From assembly GCF_009914755.1 (NCBI RefSeq), contig NC_060929.1: DNA of 64,000 nucleotides. One strand, written 5' to 3'. Source of the DNA: the human T2T-CHM13v2.0 reference genome, Homo sapiens. A model generated the notes under the pieces. The model saw nothing but the letters and a program-made list of their open reading frames with translations. It had not been told where the DNA came from and did not search any database. A program made the position numbers and the translations under genes. Below, piece after piece: positions 49,629 to 64,000 of the stretch (position 1 is its first letter; every line of letters begins with the position of its first letter).

Positions 49629-49947
49629 GATAGTAAAAAGAGCACTGGGTTTGGAGTCCTGAAACTGTGTGTAAGCACTTATGTCCTCCTCCTCCCAGTT
49701 GTGAGGACTCGTTGACATCCAGGATGGGAAAGGGCTCCAGGAACCCTGGGGCCTCTTGGGACATTCCTTATTGTCAGAATAACAACAGGAGGCAGTCTCC
49801 ACCCTGATCCTCCCACTGGGTCCTGGGCATGAAGGTGGGAGTTAGCAGTGTGGGGTAAGGTTAGTGTCCACTTCATTCTAGTAACTTTTTTGGTTCATAA
49901 AAGAAATTAAGCCTGAAAAGCAAATCTCCCCAAAGATAAAATATTCA

Positions 49948-50278
<331 letters not shown>

Positions 50279-53200
50279 TTAGGTATACTTTGCTCTCCTG
50301 AAGTGGTGTCTAAAACTGAAGCCACAGGAAGGTTTAGAATGTGAGGCTGTCGCCGGTGTCAGCTTGGTACTCAGTACAGTTCCTGAGCACCAGGAGCAGG
50401 GCAGTCTGGCATTGGTCGCCAAGGGGAAGCGACCTCTCTGTGGCCTGGGGAGTTGCTGTTGTTGCAAGACTGAGAACTCAGTGCTCCCGTTCCTGGGGGC
50501 TTCCTCTTACAAACTTTCGATCTTGATGTTGGTGGGTGTGTTCCTGCCTACTCCACTCCCCAGGCCCCAGTGCCCGGGAGCTTGACCAGCATGGGCACTG
50601 CCAGACTGTGAAACAGGGGATTTCCTTCAGGGCATTTCTGCAGTCACCACAGTTGAATCTCTCTCTTTGTTTACTTCTTATTGCCAGTTGTCACCTACTC
50701 CTGGAAGGTAAGCTGAATGAGGACAGAGCCTTGTTCTCACTGGTGTGCCCAACACCTTTTGCAGTGTCTTGTGCTTAATAAGGATGGTTGAAGAAACAAA
50801 TGAATGGGAAGGACCAGAATGTAATCTTAACGTTCAGCTTCCTCACAAGGCCCCAGACAGACTCCTTAGAGCATGATTGCAAAATATGGAATTGGGAGTG
50901 AGTTGGAAATTGGCTTTTTCTTGCCCCTGTGACCTCTTAATCTAAAAAAAGTCTTAAGGAATGAATCCTTTTAAAATGAAAGTTTAAGGCATTTAAAATT
51001 GCTCTGAGTTCAAAAATCTAAAGCAATATTTAAGGAGCATTGGTATGCTTTCATTAGTTACCTAAGTCACAAAAATGTTCCCTTTGGGGCTGGATCCGGG
51101 GAACGAGAGGGTTCCACATGGTTCCATGGGACAGCGCAGCTGGAGGAGGGTGGTTTGCTCCAGTTCACTCTGGAGAGGTAACATTAGGGCTGACCAGTGC
51201 CTAATGTCCACCCTAGCTCACCACCACTTTGCTTTCAACGGGGACACAAATCCTGATTCTTCCCTTAGTAGCCATGGGACATTAGGCAAGTCACATCACT
51301 TCCTCCAATGGGGATAATAATGGTACCTATGTTATGAGGAACTGGGGAACTGTTTTAAGAATTAAATAAATGCGTGCATGGAAAGTCCTTCAAACAGTAT
51401 CGTCCATAGTAGGTGCTCAAAAAATATCAGCTTTAATCATTATTTCTTCCATTTTTCCTTTCTGTAATATAATGAGACGAATTCCAAGAATATAAAAGCA
51501 TTGCAAATTATTTTAAGGGAAAATAGGATTTATGGTCTCTAACAAATAAAGTGTACATTTAGAAGGGTGACGTAAATTCCAAGAGACAAATGTTGTTATC
51601 AGTGAGTTGGGGATTTTCCCTCCTATAGTTTCAGCAACTTTCCTAAAGATGTATGATCTCTGTTTAAACCCCAAGCGCTCAAAATGTTAGAGGCTTTACT
51701 GAAGTCAAGCGTGGGTGACCTCTGCTTTTAATCAACAGGCAAACTGAAGAGACTCCCTAAAATTTAATAGCTATAGCTCCATTTGTTTTTTTTAAATCAC
51801 CAAATTAAAAGTAAACCACAGATTTATAATTATTGCCTGAAGTATTACACTTTGAAATGTAATATACTGATTATGATAACTTGCAGAGAAAATCAACTTA
51901 TACATAATGGATTTTTATGTCCCTAAATTACTGAAATTATTTTTCACCTAAAAAGAGATTGCACATAGTTTAATTTTCCCTTAAATTTTCATTCACCGCA
52001 CCCCATCTCTTCCAAATGCAACAGAATCTTTTTCCCCAAGGTGTCAATATTAGAGGGAATCATAATTTCTACTCTGGAACCCTTCCCTCTTCCTTGGAAT
52101 TTGCTTCCCATGACTGCACACACTCAGGCCCCTCTTCTCTCTCGTAAATTCAGCTCCCAGCTGAAGAAACCAAAATACCAGGACGCAAGGACAGGGATGG
52201 TCTGTTCTGAGGATCTTCAGGGAATGAGCTATACCCATCTTCCTGTCAAAGGCATTTCCCAATTATTCTCCTGAAAGACCAAGGCAGTCTCCCTTCTGGG
52301 AAGAAGGGGAGAGGGTGTGGATACACATGCCTCACCCCCTGCCGCCTGTTAACATGTAGCTGAATTCTAGAGTCGTAACTTGATGTCCTGCAGTGTTAAT
52401 TCCCATTTTACTGATGAGGAAAGGGTAGGTGGCTGTAGGGTGACATTGTATAGGCCATTTCTTCAACAGGATTTTGCTCGGTTCTGTTTTGAGCACCTGC
52501 GGTGGACCAGGCCCTGCTTTAGGTGCTGTCCACACAATGATGAGCAAGACAGTTCTACATCTCCCTGGAGCCTGAATATCTTTATCGGTATAGTGGGGAC
52601 AAAAATCCCACAACAATGACTTGGCCCTTCTCAAGGTGTTGTGTGGAGATCAGCTGAGCTAATGGAGGAGAAAGTGCTTTGTAACATATTAAGGCATGAT
52701 ACCAACATGAAGAATGATCAGGTATAGAGTGAAAGTAGATGTTAAAAAAGAAGGCTTGTTTTTCTGCACTCTTTATTAAATGATAACAATAACAACCACT
52801 CATTGTGCACCTACTGTTTGCCAGCCATTTTATGCACATTCTTCCAAGACCTCACAGCAACCCCCAAGAGAGCTGTATGATCTCTTGCAGGGGCCAGGGC
52901 AGCTTGCCCTAGGTCACGCGGCTCGTGTGTCTTGGAGCCAGGATTTCAGCCAGCACGACCTGCCCATTTCCCTTTTGGCAGACTCTCATGTAGGCTGTGG
53001 GGCAGGGCCTAGGTATCCTGGAGAGAAGGACCAAGGAAAGGCTGAAGGTAGAATGGAAGAGGAAGGAAGAATAAATGCATCTCCTTCAGGATCACAGAGG
53101 CAAAGATGAGCCCTGGGGGTGCCAGGGAACTTCTCAGGAAACAGGCAGTCAGGGACAATGACTTAAGGGTTTGGTAAGAGTTTCTAAACCTTTGTAACTT

Positions 53201-55836
53201 CCTCTTATTGGTTCTTCCATTATTCAGGCCTTCTGCCTATGGGAAGAAGCAATGAAACACAGCCTCTGTCTACCCATATGTATTAAGTGCCTACTATAGT
53301 GCCAGGCAGGCAAAAGGAGATGGGCTGGGGAGATGTCTTTTCAGAGGCAGGAGGAAGGGAAGTGTTGAGGAGTCCTGTGATGCACCCACTGTGGCTGAGA
53401 ATGAGAACTCCAGAGGACTGAGAGCATGGGGGTGGCTCAAAAGAGGAACGGAAAGCCCATGAGTCTCTAGGGCCTTCAGAGAAGAAGAAAAGGGGAACAG
53501 GGAGGCATAAGCCCAACCTGGTCCTGAGCTGGGTGGGCCAAGAAGGGCGAGGACTTGGCCCTGACCCTGCCACAGGCTGTCACAGGGTTGAAATTGGGCT
53601 TGGGCTGGGCTATGTCCTCCTTGGCCCTCCAAGCCCTGAAGTTCCTCTTCCTCCTCCCTCCTCCCTCCCCTGCTCCACAAGCACCCACTCTTGCATTCTT
53701 GGGGAATCAAAGGCTAAAAATAAACAGTTGCCACCAGACTCTGGGCCCAGGGGGGAATGGGTTCCACAGGAGTCCTGTGGACAGTGGGTTGAGGCTGGGG
53801 CGAGGGGACGGAAGGTGGGGGGACAGCTAAAGGTCTTAGGACTCCCCCAAGTGGTGATGCAAATAGTCCCCCCACCCCCCACCCTGGCTCTGGAAGAGCC
53901 AAGCCTTCTAGCCTTCAACTCCATGACCTTCTACAGCTAGGGCTATTTGGATCCTGGGCAATGTCACTGTGCCTGCTGGAGAGATAGAGCATGTGGCAAA
54001 AAATAGCTTCACCTCCTTGCAGTATTCCTACCCATAACTGGACTCAGAGAGTCTTTATCAGTCCAAAGGCATTCTCCCAGTGGAGCAAAGGTGCTTTTCT
54101 GGGAAGGCAGAACCCGTGACTCCTCAGCCCAGAGAATACTTAGTGGGGTTCTCCTTACCGAGAGCATCGCTGGAATCCTTTGGAAGAGAGTCCAGTTTTT
54201 GGGGTGGAAGGCGGGGTGGGGAGTGGGAGCCGATGTCAACTAGCAGCACACATCTGTCATCTAAGAAATCTTCTTGGGTCTTAGCTGTCCTCCACTCTTC
54301 TGTCTGTGTCACTAACAAACACAAGTCCACTTCCAAAACTTACTTGATGGATTCATGGAATGTTCCAATCGAGTAATTGCCCAGACTTTTGTCTCTAGGA
54401 ATCCAGGGGCTGGGAGACCCTCCCTGGCTCTGTGTTAACTCCATATTTAGCCATAAAGAGACTGCACCTCCAGGGTCAAGGACCCTGGTGCCTCTGAAAA
54501 TATTAATAAGAACAATAATAACAACACTAGCTACCATGCATGGAGCACTGCTGATGTACCAGGCATTGTGGTCATGACTTTATGTGGATTATCTCCCTTA
54601 ATCCTCACAACAACGCATGTTATAGTTTCATACCCATTTTACAGGTGGGAAAAATGAGACCTGGGGAGATTAAGTTGCTGCCATTTGCACACACATAGTC
54701 AGTGATGGAGCCCAGATGAGATGGTTTATAACAGTCTGACTCCAGATCCCATACTCTGAGCCTCTACGGAAAATGTTCTGTTTCAGATGAAGGACCCACC
54801 AGGGAACAGGAAAGAAAGGCTCAAGGCCAGTGGCAAGAGTCCCCAGAACATTTCCCTGGAGAACTTTCACTGTGCCCTGTCCACTGCTGTGTCCCCACAA
54901 TTGCATTCTGCAATCCCACTAGCAATGGCTTGGTCAGAGGTCGAGCCACCCTGACCTCTCGGGCCCTTGCATACGCAGTTCCATCTGTCTCAAATGCCCT
55001 TCCCTCTGCGCTGAACTTGGCCAACTCCTGCCCAGATTAATAGCTCTTTCCTCAGAGAAGCCTGACCTGGCCAGATTCAGTCTCACCACGCCATGTAACT
55101 CTGTCTTACAGGCTCTAGCACAGTTGTTATGGAAATGTGTGTTAGAATTTATGGTATCTGTCTCTGAAAGGAATGTAAGCAGGAACCGTGTCTATCTTGT
55201 TCACCGAGATATTCCTGCAACTTAGCCCAGTGCCTGGCACATAGTAAGTGTTCAGTAAGTACTTTTGAAGGAAGGAAGGAAGGAAGGAACAAATGAATGA
55301 ATGATTTGTCAAACGTTGACTGGATGATTGAACCAGTGATCTCAAATGCATTTGGCTGATGGGATGTAGCAGCCGTTGTGCAGAGCAGGAGGGAGGCTGA
55401 GGGGAAGATGCTACCGTGAGAGACAGTGCCTCCCTGGGGGCGGTGACAGAGAGAGAGAGGAAGGAACTGCATGGCCTGTGATGAACTAGATTACCCCAAG
55501 ACTCCATCCAACCTTGAAATGCTGTTACTTGATGTGAGGATGGGCTGGCGTCCCAGATGTCAACCCTTTAAGGTCATGGTCCCCCAGGCCCTCCTCGTTT
55601 ACCTGAAGAATCCATTGGAGTAAATCCGACCCTATGAGTTCTAAACCTTGTGAGGAAAGAGCTGCATAAAATTGCTTTGAAATGGTCATGGTGGAAGCTC
55701 CTCCAAAGCAGCTCATTCTGGAGGGTGGGATTCCTGAGGGCGTTTGTTTCTACATCACATGTTTCTTTTATGATTTCTCCCTCCCTTAACTTCTTCCCCC
55801 CAAAAAAATTACCTTTGTATTAAGAGTAACAAAGCC

Positions 55837-56137
55837 AGCCGGGCATGGTGGCTCACGCCTGTAATCCCAGCACTTTTGGGAGGCCAAGGCGGGCAGATCA
55901 CAAGGTCAGGAGTTTGAGACCAGCCTGACCATGGTGAAACCCCGTCTCTACTAAAAATACAAAAATTAGCCAGGTGTGGTGGCTCACGCCTGTAATTGCA
56001 GCCATATGGGAGGCTGAGTCAGGAGAATCACTTGAGCCTGGGAGGCAGAGGTTGCAGTGAGCCGAGATCGTGCATTGCGCCACTGCACTCCAGCCTGCGT
56101 GACAGAGCGACACTCCATCTCAAAAAAAAAAAAAAAA
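55837..56137 (+). mobile_element. Alu (AluSc/Sg-like)
   Basis: Full dimer; TSD agtaacaaagcca. Confidence 0.92.
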
Positions 56138-56289
56138 GTAACAAAGCCAAGTTATTAAGGACGTCTTCAAATATTTGGGGGGTAGAAGTGCCTATTCTTT
56201 AAGGAGTTTCTGGTTGCAGAGAATGAGGAAAAGGGAGGAAAGAGAGGCTGGGAGTGAGTGGCTGAGTCGGAATGACAATACCACTGATG

Positions 56290-57645
<1,356 letters not shown>

Positions 57646-59119
57646 TCATATTATCATTTTTGATCACTTTCTTTGTGCCAGCCCACATTGCATAATTATT
57701 TAATCTTTACTACAATCCTATATTGTTAATGCTATTCTTATATAACCTCATAATACAGATGAGGAAACTGAGGCACAGAGAGCTTAATAATTTTCCTGGG
57801 ACTCACACAGCATTCACTGGCAGAGCTGGGATTCAACTGCACGTCAGAGCCCACCCTTGTCACCACTAGAATCAGGTTGACACCCTGCCCATAGAAACCC
57901 TTACTGGAAAGCCAGCAGGGAAAGGAACATTTGCTGCTTCTTGTCATTTGGGTCTCAGCTTAAATGTCACCTCCACAGGGAGATCGTCCCTGGCTACCCC
58001 ATCTAAAATAGGCCCTCTCTTCCCCTCCCCTCCGTTTTCACCTCTCCCCTCTTCCCCTCTTTCTTTCCCTTCTTAACTGAGAATGAGTCTCTCCATGGCT
58101 CTTTTCATTACCTGCAATTTGTTAGTTTTCTTCTACAACTTGTGTTCTTCTACATAATTTCTTCCTTCCCCACTTAAGGTCAGCTGAGTGAGAGCAAGGA
58201 CCTTATCTTTCACCTCTTTATCTCCAGCTTCTGTGCCTGGCACAGAGTGAGTGGTCAGCAAATATTTGCTAGTGCTGTTAGTGGATGGATAAATGAATAG
58301 ATGAATGGATGGATAAGTTGCCTCAGTTGGGGAAATTTGGCTTCTTGAGCAGGAAGAAGCTGCCACCTAGGAAATAATCAGGTCCTAGCTGGAAAGAATG
58401 GAAAGGCATCTTCCATATGAACATATTTGTTTGTGTATATAAACATTATGTACGACATTTGTGTTTAAAAAATAGAATATTGTAATACATGTCTATTCTA
58501 ATATATGCATAGTCTATCTCTGGAAGGATACAAAAGAAGTTGGTGTACTGATTGCCTTCTCAGGGTAGAGCTGGACTAGGATATTGGCTACAATATTAGG
58601 ATGAGAATGAGACTCACTTTTCACTATATAACCTTTTATTCATCTTGCTACCCTGGGCATGTATTGCATATTCAGAGCTTATATTTCTTTTAACAGTAAT
58701 AATGATATAAGATTTCTTTCCCTGGGAGGCTGGCACCGGAGCAAGCCAAGAGGTTAATCAGATGAAGTTGTTTAGAAGACAATTAACACCTCTCCAACCA
58801 GCAGCTTCTTTGTAGGAACTAAGGCAAGGTCAATCTTAATGCAGAAAAGGTTTTGTAAGGCTAAATGGAGAGGCAACATTTATTAAGTCATTACTAATGA
58901 GCAATGCTTATTAATATTGGAATATAATACATGCTTATTGCAACAATTCAAACTTAAAGATGTATCTGAAGCAAAACTAACACCTTCCAATCCAACTCCT
59001 TTGACACATTGTAATTAGAAATTTGATTTTCCTACTTTTATTTGATAAAGTATTCAGTGTCATTTGGGTATATTTATTGTCTGTTTTCTATAAAAATGGT
59101 ATCAAACCATAGACATTAT

Positions 59120-59440
59120 TCTTTTCTGTTTGTTTTTTGTTTTTTGAGACAAGACCTCTCTCTGTTGTCTGGGCTGGAGTGCAATGGCACAATCAGAACT
59201 CGCTGCAGCCTCTATCTCCCGAGCTCAGGTGATCCTCACCTCAGCCTCCCAAGTAGCTAAGACTACAAAGGCACGCCACCACCATGACCAGCTAATTTTT
59301 TCTAATTTAAACGATTTTTTTTCAGAGGCAAGGTCTCACTTTGTTGCCCAGGCTTGTCTCGAACTGCTGGGCTCAAGGGATCCTCCCTGCTTGGCCTCCC
59401 AAAATGTTGGGATGACAGGAGTGAGCCACTGCACCTGGCC
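59120..59440 (-). mobile_element. Alu (AluJ-like)
   Basis: Reverse Alu; TSD gacattattcttt/gacactattcttt. Confidence 0.9.
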
Positions 59441-59540
59441 GACACTATTCTTTAACATCTTTCTTTCACTCCACACATTTTGGAGATAATTTTAAGGTGA
59501 TACACATGGAGCTACTTCATTTGTTTTAAGAGTTACGTAA

Positions 59541-60440
<900 letters not shown>

Positions 60441-61039
60441 TGTTTGTGTAACCCGGTGGTTTTCATACTGTGTTTCCTAAACTTAGGGTTTCATGGGGAT
60501 GAATGGATGTCAAGAGGGTGGGGGTGAATGGAGCTGCTGGCTGTCAGGAACTCACCATTTCCCCTTCCTCTATTTTTTATTGATCCTTTACATGCTACCG
60601 CTAATACTTTAGTGGAGGAGAACCTGGGCTCTGGAGCCAGAATTCTTGGGCAAGGCACCTAACCTTTCTGGGCTTAGTTTCTTAGTTTCTCAGTCTATAA
60701 AATGGGGATTGAGAATAGTGCCTCCCCCTAGAATTGTGGTGAGCCTCCAGTGAGTTGATCCATGGAAAGCCACCTCTTAATTAGCACTTACCATGTGCTC
60801 GACACTGTGCTAGGCAATATACATATATATGTTCTCAGTCAGTCCTCACAGCCACCTCTCTGCCTGAGAGGCCAGCAGGATTATTCTTATTTTACAGAGG
60901 AGGAAACTTAGGCCCAGAAAGCCTAGGTAACTTGCCTAAGGGGACAAAGGTAGTGAGTGATGAAGCTAAGATTTACACCCTGGTTTCTGCATGCCTTTAA
61001 GACCTTGGTTGTTATCTTGTCCTCTCTCCTTACCACATT

Positions 61040-62430
61040 GATATTTATTGAGCACCTACTATATTCCAGCCCAGTGCTAAGTGCTGAGGAGACAGCAGAG
61101 AATCTGACAGTCTCCATTTCTTGATGCTTACAGTCTAGTCGGTGAGGCAGTGATTGACAATCAGACAATTGCAAATTGTGGGTGTCATTGTGCACTGTGT
61201 AATGAGAGATAATCACACCAATTGTGATTTCAAGCTGGGGAATCAGGAGAGGCCTTTCTAACAACATTCTGTTTGAGCTGAGACATAAAGGATGAGTAGG
61301 GAAGGCCAGTTTGAAACTGCAGCATATCAAATGGGTGGGCTCTCTGGCGGAGAATGAGCTTGGCAGTCTCCAAGAATGGAAAGAAGGTCAATATGGCAGG
61401 CAGGCAGTAAGTGCGAGGGCAGTAGATGCCAGGGCATACAAGCCCCTTGTGGGCGTAGGTGAAACTTTGAACTTTATTATAAATGCAGCAGGAAGCCATG
61501 GAGGGTTTCAGAAAGAGAATGCTGGAATCTGGCTGTGCTTTAAAAATATCACTTTGTGAATATGTGCGTACATTACGGCAATTCTACTCCCAGGCAGGTA
61601 GGTACCCAACAAAAATGCACACTTATGTGCGCCAAAGACCAGAATCTTAACAACTGCCCCCTTTGTAATAGCCCCAATCCACAAACCCCTCAAATGCTTC
61701 TCAGTGCTTGACTGAATAAATGATGATATAGTCACACAGTGAAACACTATGCAGCAATGAAAATGAATAAATTATAACTATACACGATTATATAGATGGA
61801 TCTCACAGTGGTAAATGAGTTAAGGCAGACATAAAACAGTATACATGATATGAATCCATGTATATAAAGTTCAAAAATAGAGGTGAAACTAATCTACAGT
61901 GTTAGAAGTCAGGATAATGGTAGCCCCGGGGGAGATATGGAAGTGACAAGGAAGGGGCATGGGGCGGGCTTCTGGTAATATTCTGTTCTTCATTTGGGTG
62001 CTGATTACGTGGGTGTGTTCCATTTAGACAAACCCATCAAGCTGAACATTTATGATTTGTGCACGAGTCTCTCTGTATGTTCCTTTCTGGCCAGTATGTG
62101 AGTGTTGAACTAGAAAGGTGGAAGATGCAGTCTTGGAGAGACGAGGTATGGGCTGTTGAAAAATTCAGGTGAATGATGGCTGGCTAGAGGGATGGTGGGG
62201 GCCAGGGAGACCTGAGGACGGAGCAGGGACATGTTTTGGAGAAAAGCTGGTGAGGGCATCAGCAGTGCCTCTCCACTTCTGGCATGAGCACCTGGGAGGT
62301 GTCAGAACTAAGATGGAGAAGGTGGGCGAGGAGCAGCTTTGAAGAGGATGGCAGAACCCAAGACCTTCATTTTGGACATGTAAACTTTGAAATGTCTCCA
62401 AAAGGCAACATCACGGGAGCAGATAGGTGT
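61040..62430. mobile_element. L2 (-) interrupted by an L1ME-like 3' end (+, ~61560-62080)
   Basis: tatttattgagcacctactatattccagcccagtgctaagtgctg; ggaagccatggagggttt; L1 text aaactaatctacagtgttagaagtcaggata. Confidence 0.75.
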
Positions 62431-62889
62431 CTGGTGAGACTTCATTTAAAAAAACAAAAAAAGATTCTGCTGCTTAAGAGAAAAATAAAGTTTGAAAAAA
62501 AGTTGCCACCATTCTGGCAATTTTTTCTTTTACAAAGCACTTTCAGCTCCATTATCTCATTCTATTTAATTTCATGACAAAGATTCTTGTCTTTGAAGTG
62601 TGGGTGGGATGAGGGGAATGTGATGTCTTTATGTAGAAATTAGAGAGATATTCATGTGTGTGCTGTTACTGGAACACGCTATATTTATCCATTAAAAGAG
62701 AGCAGGCCTGGGATGGGAGCCTGAGCTAACCCGTGGAGGGCATCAGCCGTGATGAGAAGGCTGATTGGGGTTCTGGGAGTTTGGCTCTCACTGCAGTGGG
62801 GCTGAGCCAAGCAGTCTAAGACCCAAATGTAGTGGGCAGAGATGCTTTCCGACAGCCTTGGGACCCTGGGGACAAGGCACAATTGCTGG

Positions 62890-63445
62890 AGATGTGGGCT
62901 CCATTACCTTCTAATTCAGTCCCTGTCCCTGCCTCCCCCTGAAGAATATGGATCACACTTCTCCCCTGCTTACCTCTTCCAAGGCTCCCCATTGTCCCCA
63001 GGAAAGAATCCTTAGTCCTGGCCATGAGGAGGCTTTGCATCTCTGCAGCCTCATCTTTTACTCTTTTTATGGGTTCTTTCTGTTCAAGCCATGCAGGGCT
63101 TTCTTTCTGTCTATTGAGTGCGCTGCATTCTTCCTAATCTCCAGGCCTTTTGCGGGCTTTTTTCTGTGCCTGGGATACCTGGTCAGTCTTCTTTGTACTT
63201 ACCTGTATGCATCCTTCAAGCCTCAGGTCAAAACCATTTTCGTCAGGAAGGCTTCTGCATTCCCTGAACAGCCTGAGCCCTGCCCTACTCACTCAGGTCA
63301 CCCAGCACTGCCCTTGATCTGAGCCCTACTCCTCTTTCAGCATCTGTCTTCCCCATCAGACTGTGAGCTCCAGGGCAGTGGGGACTGTGTCTGCCTTGTC
63401 CCCCCCAGTCAGCCTGTGTCCTGCTCCCTAGCATTGGGTACCAAA
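62890..63445 (+). mobile_element. L2 3' region
   Basis: ccatcagactgtgagctccagggcagtgggactgtgtctg. Confidence 0.65.
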
Positions 63446-63639
63446 CACGTCCTCACAGCCATGTGCTTTTCTTGCCCTCTGGGCTAAACTGATAACCTTG
63501 AAGCTGGGCATCCCTTTGTCCACATCCCCAGGCCCCAGTGAGACTGAGCGTTCACTCTGCACTCAGGGGCTTGTCTGTAGATTTGCAAAATCCCCTGAAA
63601 ATGCTCATGACCATAACTGACTCCACAATTACTTTTTCA

Positions 63640-63989
<350 letters not shown>

Positions 63990-64000
63990 GACAGGAGACA

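Overview
Primate (human/great-ape-like) genomic DNA, not microbial. The only protein-coding sequence I can support is the terminal exon of ARHGEF37 (+, CDS part 2669-2878, C-terminal SH3 domain), followed by a ~2.3-2.8 kb 3'UTR. The remaining ~58 kb is repeat-rich intergenic DNA; from memory of human 5q32 it runs toward PPARGC1B, which is not in the window. It contains Alu, MIR, L1, L2, L3/CR1, MaLR LTRs, hAT MITEs and one full-length SVA. Nearly all ORFs in the track are repeat or low-complexity artefacts. Most notable: (1) the SVA carries a ~1 kb 3' transduction (ERV-internal-like sequence plus an Alu), with its own AATAAA, a second poly(A) and a 13-bp TSD around the whole 2.9 kb; (2) a ~4 kb AT-rich palindromic minisatellite lies inside one Alu tail (between its TSDs), with a ~0.5 kb duplication that recopies the Alu 3' end and a hairpin at the point where the repeat switches strand; (3) an exact 25-bp copy shared between an L1 and an unrelated L2 remnant 2.25 kb apart; (4) strong CTCF motifs and a CCAAT+YY1 promoter-like patch. 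I see no evidence of a new protein-coding system. Repeat family calls come from visual recall of consensus sequences and boundaries are approximate.
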